Assembly: GCA_963803975.1 (NCBI GenBank)
Contig: CAWDOY010000016.1
Location: 32,001-96,000, forward strand
Length of the DNA: 64,000 bases
Reading direction: 5' to 3'
From: an uncultured delta proteobacterium
Lineage (GTDB): Bacteria > Desulfobacterota > WTBG01 > CAIYCZ01
Positions within the stretch are counted from its first letter, which is position 1, and each line of letters starts with the position of its first letter. The notes under the pieces are model-generated. The model searched no databases. It was not told the origin of the DNA and saw only the letters and a list, made by a program, of their open reading frames with translations. The position numbers were made by a program, and so were the translations under genes. Below, in pieces: positions 45,178 through 54,769 of this stretch.

Positions 45178-45206
45178 TTGACACCTTCAAAGCTCCCATA
45201 TATTAA
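45178..45206 (+). promoter_or_regulatory. Possible sigma70 promoter
   Basis: TTGACA-17 nt-TATTAA. Confidence 0.45.
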
Positions 45207-45232
45207 TTGATATAACGTAATTGCCGGAAACG

Positions 45233-45330
45233 CTCCTCCCCATTGATGGGGGAGGTCGGGGTGGGGGTGATTGAAATAAATTTCCGCCTCACACCCTCCC
45301 CGTTTTCCCCTCCCATCGAGGGCGGGAAAG
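45233..45330. repeat. G/C-run palindromic element (REP-like doublet)
   Basis: CCTCCCCATTGATGGGGGAGG hairpin plus GGGGTGGGGGTGA, then an inverted degenerate copy. Confidence 0.6.
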
Positions 45331-45420
45331 GTTTGGGGAACCCCCGCAGATTGTTGCGAGGAACTGAAGCACAGCGATAGCCATACAGCTGTATGATGAA
45401 CTCCACACGCTAAATACTCA

Positions 45421-46207
45421 ATGTCTGAGAATAAGTAAAATTAAAAATTCACATAACCAGACTTCCGATAAAGAAACAGCTTCTTTTGGCTTTCAGCAGG
45501 TGTTGGTGAAGGAAAAGGCACACCTGGTGCAGCGCCATTTTGACTCCATCGCCGCTAAATATGACTTCATGAACACCCTGCTGAGCTTTGGCCTTCACTA
45601 CCTGTGGAAGAGGGCAGCCGTGAAGATGATGAAGCTGCAGCCGGGGAGCCGGGTCATAGATGTGTGCGGCGGCACCGCTGACCTTGCCATCCTTGCGGCA
45701 CGCTGCGTGGGCCCGGAGGGCAGGGTCATAGTCTATGATTTCAACCGGGCCATGATGGAGGCGGGAAAAGAGAAGGTGCATACTGCGCTGCTTGATGCCC
45801 GGATAAAATATATTCAAGGGGATGCCGAGCAGATTTCGTTTCCGGACGGGCAGTTCGACGCGGCCATGGTGGGGTTCGGCATCAGGAACCTCACCCACAT
45901 GGAAAAAGGCTTTGCGGAGATGTACCGGGTGCTGAAGCCCGGCGGCACACTCATGTGCCTGGAGTTTTCCCGGCCGGCAAATCCTCTGTTCAGATTCCTG
46001 TATGATACCTATTCATTTTATATCATGCCGATCATTGGAAAGATTTTTACCGGCTCCCGCACGGCCTATACCTACCTGCCCGAATCAATCCGTCTGTTCC
46101 CGCAGCCGGATGAGCTGAGCGCGATATTACGGAACATCGGTTTCTCTACGGTCACCTGGCGCAGGCTCACCAATGGCATTGCTGTCGTGCATGTGGGGGT
46201 GAAATAG
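45421..46207 (+). CDS. ubiE: Demethylmenaquinone/ubiquinone C-methyltransferase
   Basis: YDFMN.LLSFGLH..WK, DVCGGTAD, GFGIRN, RVLKPGG, YLPESI; conserved SFGF lies upstream of 45500 and ATG 45421 is one base out of frame. Confidence 0.9.
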
Positions 46208-46218
46208 AACCTCCTGAG

Positions 46219-46247
46219 AAGCGGTGTCGGCAATGGCCCCGCTTTTT
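46219..46247 (+). terminator. Terminator, left copy of a 29-bp direct repeat
   Basis: AAGCGGTGTCGGCAATGGCCCCGCTTTTT. Confidence 0.75.
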
Positions 46248-46280
46248 AAGTTGCATATATGCGCAACAATAATCTTTTAC

Positions 46281-46309
46281 TTGAAAAAAACAAGGTTTGT
46301 AAATAGAAT
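46281..46309 (+). promoter_or_regulatory. Promoter of TA pair
   Basis: TTGAAA-17 nt-TAGAAT. Confidence 0.6.
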
Positions 46310-46340
46310 ATAACTAACAGCTTATAGAAGGGAATGTCTG

Positions 46341-46568
46341 GTGCAGATAATATTTTCACGTCATGCCAAAAGGAGAGCAAGACTTTATAAAATACCAGAA
46401 TCAAGAATACGGGACATTGTGAGGAATGCTGAATTGTCCCAAGGTAGAAATGAAATCACAAAAAAGATAGCAGGTTTTAAGTATCCTCTTAAAATAGCTG
46501 TGCAGGTTGAAAGAAGTATAATAACAGTGATAACAAATTATCCTTTTAAGAAGGGGCAAAAAAAATGA
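46341..46568 (+). CDS. DUF4258-like (BrnT/RelE-like) putative toxin
   Basis: FSRHAKRR...I...VITNYP; overlaps the DUF2283 gene. Confidence 0.7.
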   Translation: MQIIFSRHAKRRARLYKIPESRIRDIVRNAELSQGRNEITKKIAGFKYPLKIAVQVERSIITVITNYPFKKGQKK

Positions 46569-46792
46569 AGGTATATTATGATAAGGAAGTAGATGCGTTA
46601 TATATAAAACTGGGGGTAAAACTGCCGGATGGTGTTGTGGAAATTTCAGAGGGGGTTAATTTAGACACAACAGCAGAAGGCAAACTTGTCGGCATAGAAA
46701 TCCTTAATGCTTCTAAAAAAATGAATATTAAAACTATATTATCTTACACCCTTGAATTTGATAAGAAAACACTTTCGCAAAAGGTTGCTTGA
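46565..46792 (+). CDS. DUF2283 putative antitoxin
   Basis: MKVYYDKEVDALYI...GKLVGIEILNAS. Confidence 0.85.
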   Translation: MKVYYDKEVDALYIKLGVKLPDGVVEISEGVNLDTTAEGKLVGIEILNASKKMNIKTILSYTLEFDKKTLSQKVA

Positions 46793-46830
46793 CAATGCAT
46801 GCCATTTGAAAAATCCTATTAATAAAGTTC

Positions 46831-46971
46831 AAGAATGATCACTTGCTGGAATTAGCCATTGCCTCACGAACAAAGATTATTGTGACGCACAATATAAAAG
46901 ATTTCAAAGGGGCGGAAGGCTTTGGGATACGATCAATAACCCCGAGGGAACTCCTGGAGGAGATAGTATGA
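46831..46971 (+). pseudogene. C-terminal remnant of a PIN-domain toxin
   Basis: DHLLELAIASRTKIIVTHNIKDF...GIRSITPRELL; in-frame stop at 46807 and N-terminal part absent. Confidence 0.75.
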
Positions 46972-47204
46972 GCGCTTTAAGTTTGCGATTGCCGCAATCA
47001 ATACACCACCATATCAGGGAAATTGCCAGAAAGGAGGGTGTATCAATTAACCAGTTTATTTCCTCGGCAGTATCAGAAAAAATATCTGCTTTGATGACGG
47101 AAGACTATTTGAAGAAAAGAGCTAAAAGAGCAAAGAAAGAAGATTTTAGAAAAGTATTAGCTAAGGTTCCAGGCCGCAAGCCGCTTTCCGGCGATGAGCT
47201 GTAG
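46968..47204 (+). CDS. Ribbon-helix-helix putative antitoxin
   Basis: LSLRLP.S.H..I...A.KEGVSINQFI..AV.EK; ATGA overlap with PIN remnant. Confidence 0.8.
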   Translation: MSALSLRLPQSIHHHIREIARKEGVSINQFISSAVSEKISALMTEDYLKKRAKRAKKEDFRKVLAKVPGRKPLSGDEL

Positions 47205-47258
47205 TGTTCAGCTCACAGTGCATTCCAGGAACATAAGGACAAAAGCGCATATTTTATA

Positions 47259-47289
47259 AAGCGGTGCCGGCAATGGCCCCGCTTTTTTT
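47259..47289 (+). terminator. Terminator, right copy of the direct repeat
   Basis: AAGCGGTGCCGGCAATGGCCCCGCTTTTTTT. Confidence 0.75.
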
Positions 47290-47414
47290 GCTATTGAATA
47301 TGCGACGTAGGTAACGGTAACAAGATGAAAAATATAATTGCAGGAACTAAAAACTGATGAAACTGAACTGGGCAGAGCGGTGGGCGGTCCGCTTGCAGCC
47401 GCCCGTTCTTGCCT

Positions 47415-47879
47415 CTATTGTTTTTGCTGTTTTATAAAATCCTCCAGTATGATCGCGGCTGCCAGTGAGTCAATCTGCCGGGGATCGACTTTGAAATTAT
47501 AGCGCGCAGAACTTTTCATGCGCTCTTCCGCTTCAAACGATGAGAGTGACTCATCCTGCCGGTACAGGGGTACGGGTTTCAGGGCTGCCTCAAGCTTTTC
47601 CCCAAAGGCCAGTATGCGCCTGGTCATGGTTGTTTCCTTGCCGTCCAGCAGCCGGGGCACGCCCAGCACCACCGCGGTAACTGATTCCTCCCGCACCATG
47701 CGCAGCAGATCCTGCAGCAGCGCCGTATCGCTTTTGTAATTAAGCCGGGCATAGGGCAGGGGATAGGGGTCCTGTGCGGGAGAAAACATTGCCAGCCCTA
47801 CAGCTTTTGTTCCGTAATCGACTGACAGTAGCTTCTGGCCGATTGATTGCGCGGGTTCTTTCGGGTCTGTGGAAGACAT
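47415..47879 (-). CDS. ruvX: YqgF/RuvX nuclease
   Basis: DYGTK.VGLA, VLGVP, DESLSS.EA, D..AA.IILE. Confidence 0.9.
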   Translation of the reverse strand: MSSTDPKEPAQSIGQKLLSVDYGTKAVGLAMFSPAQDPYPLPYARLNYKSDTALLQDLLRMVREESVTAVVLGVPRLLDGKETTMTRRILAFGEKLEAALKPVPLYRQDESLSSFEAEERMKSSARYNFKVDPRQIDSLAAAIILEDFIKQQKQ

Positions 47880-48002
47880 GGAGCATATATAATACGCCGA
47901 GAGGACGGGGGCAAGAATTTTTAATGCCTCGATTGAAGTGCTATCCCCCGCAGAATACCCTGTACCGGGTTGATTGTGGCAGGGAGTTTACCTGTCACTC
48001 CG

Positions 48003-49853
48003 TCATATTAAACACTTTCCCTTCATTGTATGTGGCTGACCAAGGCCGGCAGCCTTCAGAACCGTGGGAGCAATATCGAGGCTTTGCGGGTTAGTTTTTT
48101 TTATCCTGTAATTGGAAAACAATATACCGGATACTAACGAAGGGTCGACAATGTGGTCACCGCTCCATTTTTTCAGGTTGGGCTCTAAAAGACTCCGGGG
48201 AGCTCCCCCGATTGCTGTCTGCCAGCTCATACGGTAACCCGTATTAAAACCAACGACCAGATCAGGTGCTGCTGCACGATATTCACCGTTGTATAGGGCA
48301 TCCGCAGCATACATCTGTTTGATAACGCTGTCCAAAGAGGAGGGATCTTTAAGAGCTTGCAGGCCCTGAGCAATCTTTCTTGCCAGCGTTGCCGCCTCGC
48401 TGCCGGGCTGTACAATGCCGCGACCCTCTCTTCCCTTGAGGTTTAGATAGATGCTTGAGAACCCCAGAGAATATGCTGCGGTTTTACTCCAGTCAACATG
48501 TCTGAACAAAGCTCCGCCCTCTTTATCTTCAGGGTCAGGTTTCTCACGAAGCACCATGTAGCTGTTTTCGATAAGCCAGCGATTCAGATTGACCCCCTGG
48601 CGAAAGGTAGTAAAACCATGGTCTGACAGGATAAGCAGCAGTGTTTTATCATCAACATGACCGCGCATGATTTCGCCGATGATGCGGTCCGCCCGCTTGT
48701 AATAATCGCGAATAATGCCACCGTACTTTTGCGCGCCTTTTTTTTCGTACAGCGGATGTCCCGTATCTTCAAACCGCCAGAAGATGTGCTGTATCCGGTC
48801 CGTGGTATCTATGACAAAGGCGCATACACCTTCCCGGAATTTGCTGAGCGTGTAGTGCAGCATTTTCTCGCGCTCATCCATGATCTGCGCACACATATCA
48901 ATAAAGGCATCATCGCTGATCACTCCTTCCGTGAGGGGCTTGGTATCCTCGGGAATGCCCTGGGTATAATAAGGCCCGCCGACAGCATCAGCAAGCTCCC
49001 GGGAAAATCCTTCAGGAGCTGATATGCTGAAACGCGGGTTAACGGGATTAATCTGGAGCGGGGAGAGATAGATGGTTATATGGGGGTCAATGCTGACAAG
49101 ATAAAACCTGGCGGCCGCGGAGATTCTGCGTGAACCTTTGACGGGAAACTCCAGCTCTATCCAGCCTGACCATTCTCCCGGCCGCAGGGAGAAGGTCTGG
49201 TGTGCAACCATAATGCTGATAGCGGTTTTATCGCTGGTGATAATTTTTATAGGAATGGCTGCTTCCCTTCCCTGTTCATTATACGGGCCGCTGATCTCTG
49301 CCTCAGCTGTCGCGCCGTTAAAAAGCAGGCGGACGACCTTATCTGCTCCCTCAACTGTTTTATCCGGGAGCCTGGTTGAGAAGCAGGTGTATCGTCCCAG
49401 CTCTCCTCTTATATCAGGCACGCCAAGGCCGGACAGTACGGTGCTGCTGCCTGCAGCCGGAGGAAAGGTCATGGGCCAGCGCAGGGCATATGACGGGATG
49501 CCTGCTGCTGCCGTGTATTCCCAGAAAAACTTTGCCTGGCAGGGCGGTTCAAAAACCGTTTCCCTGCTGCCTGAACAATTTTTGCGGCCGGGTTGCAGAA
49601 TTGACAGCTCCGGCAGATAATTTTTCTGATTGCGCTGAATGAAATCAAAGATGCCGTGGGTGCCTGAGTCGGTTCCCGTTCCGATATCACACCAGGCCAC
49701 CGGGCTCTGGGGCGGGTTTGAGGTAGAGAGCCGGGCATATGACCCCTGCTGTCTGAGCGCAGCGAGGTTGGGAAGGTCTCCCTCCTGCATATAGTGCTCA
49801 GCAAGCCGGGGATCCATTCCATCAATCCCGAGAACGATTATTCTTTTATACAT
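48003..49853 (-). CDS. Alkaline-phosphatase-superfamily phosphodiesterase
   Basis: LGIDGMD, PPQSPVAW, HGIFDF, DRIQH, SDHGF, SGDH, DIAPT. Confidence 0.85.
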   Translation of the reverse strand: MYKRIIVLGIDGMDPRLAEHYMQEGDLPNLAALRQQGSYARLSTSNPPQSPVAWCDIGTGTDSGTHGIFDFIQRNQKNYLPELSILQPGRKNCSGSRETVFEPPCQAKFFWEYTAAAGIPSYALRWPMTFPPAAGSSTVLSGLGVPDIRGELGRYTCFSTRLPDKTVEGADKVVRLLFNGATAEAEISGPYNEQGREAAIPIKIITSDKTAISIMVAHQTFSLRPGEWSGWIELEFPVKGSRRISAAARFYLVSIDPHITIYLSPLQINPVNPRFSISAPEGFSRELADAVGGPYYTQGIPEDTKPLTEGVISDDAFIDMCAQIMDEREKMLHYTLSKFREGVCAFVIDTTDRIQHIFWRFEDTGHPLYEKKGAQKYGGIIRDYYKRADRIIGEIMRGHVDDKTLLLILSDHGFTTFRQGVNLNRWLIENSYMVLREKPDPEDKEGGALFRHVDWSKTAAYSLGFSSIYLNLKGREGRGIVQPGSEAATLARKIAQGLQALKDPSSLDSVIKQMYAADALYNGEYRAAAPDLVVGFNTGYRMSWQTAIGGAPRSLLEPNLKKWSGDHIVDPSLVSGILFSNYRIKKTNPQSLDIAPTVLKAAGLGQPHTMKGKCLI

Positions 49854-49901
49854 TATGAAATAACGGGTTCAATTGACTGCAGTTTTGCTGCCAATGAGTT
49901 A

Positions 49902-50856
49902 TTATTTATCGGCAGCAGTGCCTGCCGGTTTAGACCTGGTTTTGTCTGTCTGAGGGAACATGAGTGAAGCGATGATGGAAACAATCAGTGTCAGGGCAAC
50001 TACCCCCAGGGCGACTGTCACCGGAATTTCGTAGACATTGCTGAGAAGCATTTTGACCCCGACAAAAGCAAGGATCACTGAAAGGCCGAGGTTGAGGTAG
50101 TGGAACAGCTCCATGACCCCTGCCAGGGCAAAATAGAGCGCGCGCAGCCCCAGGATGGCGAATACGTTTGATGTGTAGACAATGAATGGGTCGGTAGTGA
50201 TTGCAAGTATGGCAGGGATGGAATCCAGGGCAAAGACCACATCGGTTGTTTCAATGACCAGCAGCACCACAAACAGCGGGGTTGCCAGAGCTTTTTTGTT
50301 TTTTCTGATAAAAAATTTACCCTCTACGTAGTTTTCCGTGATTGGCATCAATTTTCGGAACAGTAACGAGCACCGGGTTCTTCTCCGGATGGATCTCCTT
50401 TTCCTTTTCGAAAGCCATCTTGACCGCGATGATGATCAGAAAGACGCCAAACACATATATTATCCAGTGAAACATGTTGATAAGGGCGACACCGGTAGCA
50501 ATAAAAATGGCGCGCATGATCAATGCGCCGAGGATACCCCAGAAAAGGACTTTATACTGATACTGGGAAGCGACGCGAAAATAGGAAAACACCATCAGGA
50601 AGACAAAAAGATTATCCACGCTGAGGGAGCGCTCAATCAGGTACCCGGTCAGAAACTGCAGAGCGGTATCCGTTCCGCGCCAGAAATAAATTACCACATT
50701 AAAGAGCAGCGCCACTACAATCCAGATAGCACTCCACCACAGAGCTTCCTTAATCTTAATGGTGCGCGCCCCCCGGTGAAATACGCCGAGGTCCACGGCG
50801 AGCAGTATCAGCACTAAGATATTGAAACCAACCCACAAAAGTATCTGGTGTGACAT
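49902..50856 (-). CDS. TerC/Alx-family membrane protein, frameshift near 50365
   Basis: GYLIE.SLSVDNLFVF, LFWGILGA; IE.TD.VFALDSIPA, TSNVFAILGLRALYF. Confidence 0.9.
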
Positions 50857-51055
50857 GGAAGTTCTCCGGGTCCTTTAAAAAATAAGCCAGGGTCTTTATA
50901 GATAGTTATTTATACTAAATCAGGGGGCAATTAGGAAGGAAAAAGCGGCTGGCGAAAACAGCGGCAGGTTGTGTTTGAACAATAGGTTGGAGGTTATTGC
51001 GTGTTGCTTCAAAACATTTTTAGCAGCGCACGTCAGAGAGTTCCTCGGCAGCAGC

Positions 51056-52852
51056 CTATAATGGTGCCACAAGAGATGCTATGTGTTTTACAAACTTCTG
51101 ATTGTTGACTTTCGCCCAGACCCCGGGAAACAGTTCCAGCAGGAGCTGCAATTCAGTCTGTCGCGCGGCAAGGTATGCGACAACACCGGGGGCAATAACC
51201 GGCTTGTATTCGTTTACCCTTTTAGCTGCGCCGCCATGCCCCCACGTCCCACGGTTAAGGTAATCCCGCAACAAGTTGCCCGTGACGACAGCGTCCTGCA
51301 GGTCGCCCAGGTGATCCTGCAGCGTCTTGATTTCTTCAATCAACTGTTCGGTATCCCGACCTAACACCTCGCGAAAGAACTCAAGCGCATAGCGCAGGCC
51401 CTTAAAGGCGATGCGCAGCCGGTGCAGCTGTTCCAGGGGCGGATCAGGTCCCTGCAGCAATTCTTCGAAAGCGCGCACTGCTGCGAGTTGCTGATACAGC
51501 ACCACCGGTAATACATGGCGAATGCGCTGCGGCAGCGGTTCGCCCCGGCGCGAAAATGGAGGCAGCGCAGCAGCGCCGGGTTTTTTAAGAAAAGCAGCAA
51601 AGCGTTTTTTGAAGCGAACATAGCGGTCACTGTCCAGAAAGGCGAGCAGCTGTTCGCGGTCTTTTTGATGCTTCCCCTCCAGCACAGCAAGCAGTGGCTG
51701 CAGCCCGTTCTGCTGCTGTGGCGGCAGAGTATCGATGTAACGGTCTGTTTTTTGTCTGAACACATCCAGATCGCGGACCGCGCCAAGAGTGCGGCCGACG
51801 CGCCGGAGCTCTTTGGCAAAGCGCTGTATCTCATGTTTATCCAGGTGCTTCCCGAACACCCGTATAGCCGCTCGCATGCGCCTGGTCGCGACCCGCATGT
51901 CATGCAGTTCTTCAGGGTCCTGCCCCAGGCGCGTTCCCGGCTCATGGAAGACCATTCTTTTAAAGTGGAAATAGAGTGTCTTGCGGGCGCCTTCAGCCAT
52001 GGTATCATTAATTTTCAGCCCCGGCTTTTTGGGAGGCTTGCGCGGGTGCGGCTGGACAGCTGCCGCTGCCGGTTGCCTGCGCGTTTCCGCGGGCAATGCT
52101 GCAGCTGGTACCGGCGGATTTTCCTCTGCCGATACCGGGGCGCTATTTTGATCTTTGAGGGCGGACAATGTTACGTCATCAGCATTCACCGGGGGGGACT
52201 GGGTGGCCGGTGTGTTTATCGCCGGGGCTATTGTTTCACCACTCTGAATGAGGGTACATGCACGCTCAAATTTTGATCGTGATTCTGGGGTCAGAGCCCA
52301 CTCTTGCTCAAGGCAGTCCTGAATCATTGCCAGGTCAGGTTCCGTACCTTCCGGCAACAGCTCGACTTCAAGCTCAAAGTACACCTGCTCTCTTTCGTTT
52401 ACCTGTAACCGGACTTCATCGAGGCTTAACTCGGCCACAGTCCGTTCACTTGGACTGCTCATACATCGGACCACACGTACTTGCCGCAAATCAAACAGCA
52501 TGACCATCGGCTCATGATTGGTGAATTGAAGAAGGAGGTCACGTGCCTGACCATCAGGCCACTGCGCCGGCGGTTCATCACGCGCAAGAGAAACCTCAAA
52601 TTCTTCACGCTTATGGACCGCTCCATCGGCACCCGCCAGCTGTTTTAGTGTTATTAAAATGGTGCCGTTAGACTCTCTTTTGCGGCAGGAATAACCGGCC
52701 TTCTTGATAGCGAGGTCCGCGGTGTCCCAATAACTGTCGTGGACCATTTTGGTCTGGGGGGAGGAAAGCATAAAGCCGGCGAGCTGGTCGATCACCTGTA
52801 AACGCCGAAAGGCTTCTTCATCTGGAATTGCAAATTTAGCTTCGATTTCCAT
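51056..52852 (-). CDS. CYTH-CHAD fusion protein
   Basis: N-terminal EIEAK (ExExK), ELEVEL, SKFER; CHAD motifs HDMRVATRRMR, LHRLRI..K.LRY, LQDHLGDLQD; Pro/Ala linker. Confidence 0.9.
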   Translation of the reverse strand: MEIEAKFAIPDEEAFRRLQVIDQLAGFMLSSPQTKMVHDSYWDTADLAIKKAGYSCRKRESNGTILITLKQLAGADGAVHKREEFEVSLARDEPPAQWPDGQARDLLLQFTNHEPMVMLFDLRQVRVVRCMSSPSERTVAELSLDEVRLQVNEREQVYFELEVELLPEGTEPDLAMIQDCLEQEWALTPESRSKFERACTLIQSGETIAPAINTPATQSPPVNADDVTLSALKDQNSAPVSAEENPPVPAAALPAETRRQPAAAAVQPHPRKPPKKPGLKINDTMAEGARKTLYFHFKRMVFHEPGTRLGQDPEELHDMRVATRRMRAAIRVFGKHLDKHEIQRFAKELRRVGRTLGAVRDLDVFRQKTDRYIDTLPPQQQNGLQPLLAVLEGKHQKDREQLLAFLDSDRYVRFKKRFAAFLKKPGAAALPPFSRRGEPLPQRIRHVLPVVLYQQLAAVRAFEELLQGPDPPLEQLHRLRIAFKGLRYALEFFREVLGRDTEQLIEEIKTLQDHLGDLQDAVVTGNLLRDYLNRGTWGHGGAAKRVNEYKPVIAPGVVAYLAARQTELQLLLELFPGVWAKVNNQKFVKHIASLVAPL

Positions 52853-52893
52853 GGTTATGCGACAAACACGTTAGGCGGAATGAGCAACACTAA

Positions 52894-53045
52894 CAGGCTG
52901 TTGAAAAACACCCATCTGCTTCGTTGCGCTCATCCTTCGTCATTGCGACGTACGGTACAGTACTCTTCATTCTTCATGATTTCCCACGCCTTGCATCTGG
53001 ATGTTTTTGACCAGCCTGGGAGAAAACTACTTTTTCAACAACCTG
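52894..53045 (-). mobile_element. MITE-like repeat, copy 3 (inverted)
   Basis: Reverse complement of copies 1 and 2; overlaps the stop of the HD gene. Confidence 0.85.
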
Positions 53046-53640
53046 TTAGAATAGCCGGCAGGGAAAAAGCCTTTTTAAAATAAGCCGTCTTTTTAGCAAG
53101 CACCTGTTCCGGGATGCTCTTAAGAAAACCACCGGTAACACATATCTTCACGCCGGCTTCACTGATGATAACCTTTTCGATATGTATCTGCTGATTGTGA
53201 AGCCGGTCCAGGCCGTCGACAATCCGGATGATGGCAGCAAGTTTAGAAACAACGTCACGGGTCTGCGCAGAAAGGACCTGAAACTCCGGCTGGTCATCCG
53301 GCTCTGCTTTCCGATGAAACCGTGCTACCAATGCAACAATACGTTGATCTTCTTTACTGAGGGGCAGTTGCGCTTTCTCAATCATGCTGAAGGCCCGCTT
53401 ATGATGTTTTGTCTGTCCCTCACTCCAGCCGATATCATGCAGAATACAGCCATATTCCAACAACACCCGATACTGTTGGGCCATGGTATGCAAGCCCGCA
53501 TTTTTCAGCTCATCAAAAAGCTTTACGGCTACATGGGCCACATGCAGCGCATGGGCCGGATCAGGATCAAAGCGCCGGCAATACGCCAGTATCTCGTCGC
53601 GGATTGTTTTTGTGCTGATGATGGCTGCGTGTCCGCTCAT
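53035..53640 (-). CDS. Stand-alone HD-domain protein (Ppx C-terminal-like)
   Basis: HALHV, LHDIG, HHK, ARFHRK, IVDGLDR; parallels the Ppx C-terminus in this window. Confidence 0.85.
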   Translation of the reverse strand: MSGHAAIISTKTIRDEILAYCRRFDPDPAHALHVAHVAVKLFDELKNAGLHTMAQQYRVLLEYGCILHDIGWSEGQTKHHKRAFSMIEKAQLPLSKEDQRIVALVARFHRKAEPDDQPEFQVLSAQTRDVVSKLAAIIRIVDGLDRLHNQQIHIEKVIISEAGVKICVTGGFLKSIPEQVLAKKTAYFKKAFSLPAILTGC

Positions 53641-53644
53641 GCTT

Positions 53645-54061
53645 TTATTTCACCGTCTGGCTCTGCGCAGCAATCTTTTTTGCCCGCGCCGGAGCCGGCG
53701 CAGCCTGGCGCTTGCTGTGCTTCCCTGTGCCCCGCGTTTTCTTCTCCTGGGTATCCAGCATGTTTGCCTTCAGGTCCGCAATGAGCTGGTCGATTGCCTT
53801 GAGATCTTTCAGCCGCCCCTTTTGTGGCTTCAGTTTAAGGCTGCGGACCTGCCGCAGCCATTCCGGAACCTTATCGCGGATTTTTTTTCGGGGGAGGGTC
53901 ACAAGGCAGGCGAGAAAGGTCTCGATATTTCCCTCCCTGCGCAGGATGAAATTCTCGGCCACGTCACGTGCCAGAATGCGCAGGAGTTTTAATTCGCGCG
54001 ACAAATCATCGTGAAGATCTTCCCCGCCGCCGGTCTTCTGCATGTCACTTTGTTTCACCAT
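53645..54061 (-). CDS. Hypothetical basic protein
   Basis: Tightly packed in the operon; KGRLKDLK, Lys/Ala tail. Confidence 0.7.
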   Translation of the reverse strand: MVKQSDMQKTGGGEDLHDDLSRELKLLRILARDVAENFILRREGNIETFLACLVTLPRKKIRDKVPEWLRQVRSLKLKPQKGRLKDLKAIDQLIADLKANMLDTQEKKTRGTGKHSKRQAAPAPARAKKIAAQSQTVK

Positions 54062-54742
54062 TTAAACCTCCAATGACTCCTCTACTTTCGCGCAAATATC
54101 CCGCGCCACCGCCCGGATTGAACGATTGCCGTTGACCAGGTGAAAACCATATTCAACCTGCATCAGGCTGAACTCTCTCTGGATAAGCCTCTGATAATTG
54201 ACAAAGCTGTTCAAAATATCGCGGGATATCCCCATATCTCTCCCTGATTCCCAGTATTCAAGGGTGGCGTTCTTGCGCAGGTTCCGCTCCACGAGCTGCC
54301 CAGGGCTGACCTTCAGGTAAATAACCAGATGGGGCACGAGGGCAATGCTGTAGAGGGAGCGAACCCACTCCCGGGCCGCGCCGCGAACGATTTCCCGCGC
54401 CATGAGCGTGTAGATGTAGCGGTCGGCAAGCACGATGAATCCGGCTCGCAACGCCGGTATGATGATATTTTCCAGCTGATCGGCAAAGTCGGTGGCATAA
54501 AACAGGCTTCGCGTGACCTCGCTCAGGACATTCCCCTGCTTGGCCTCGTTGAGCTCTTTGGAAACCAGGGTTGAGCGGACCAGCCCCACGTTGCTAACGG
54601 CATGTCCGCTATTCTCCAGGTAATCCCTGAGCAGATCAATCTGGGTGGAGCGGCCGGAGCCATCAGCTCCTTCAATAACTATCAGCCTGCCGGAAAGCTC
54701 TGTGCAATCAACGTCGGGAATGCCTTCCCCGTAAAATTTCAT
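54062..54742 (-). CDS. Thymidylate-kinase-like protein 2 (variant P-loop)
   Basis: EGADGSGRST, DRYIYT; RBS AGGAGG. Confidence 0.85.
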   Translation of the reverse strand: MKFYGEGIPDVDCTELSGRLIVIEGADGSGRSTQIDLLRDYLENSGHAVSNVGLVRSTLVSKELNEAKQGNVLSEVTRSLFYATDFADQLENIIIPALRAGFIVLADRYIYTLMAREIVRGAAREWVRSLYSIALVPHLVIYLKVSPGQLVERNLRKNATLEYWESGRDMGISRDILNSFVNYQRLIQREFSLMQVEYGFHLVNGNRSIRAVARDICAKVEESLEV

Positions 54743-54769
54743 ATGCCTCCTTGAATGCGGGCCGCATGC

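Noticed and set aside
50857..51055. yybP-ykoY Mn riboswitch upstream of the TerC/Alx gene
   Set aside because: The GGGGAGTAG-type signature was not found on the minus strand.
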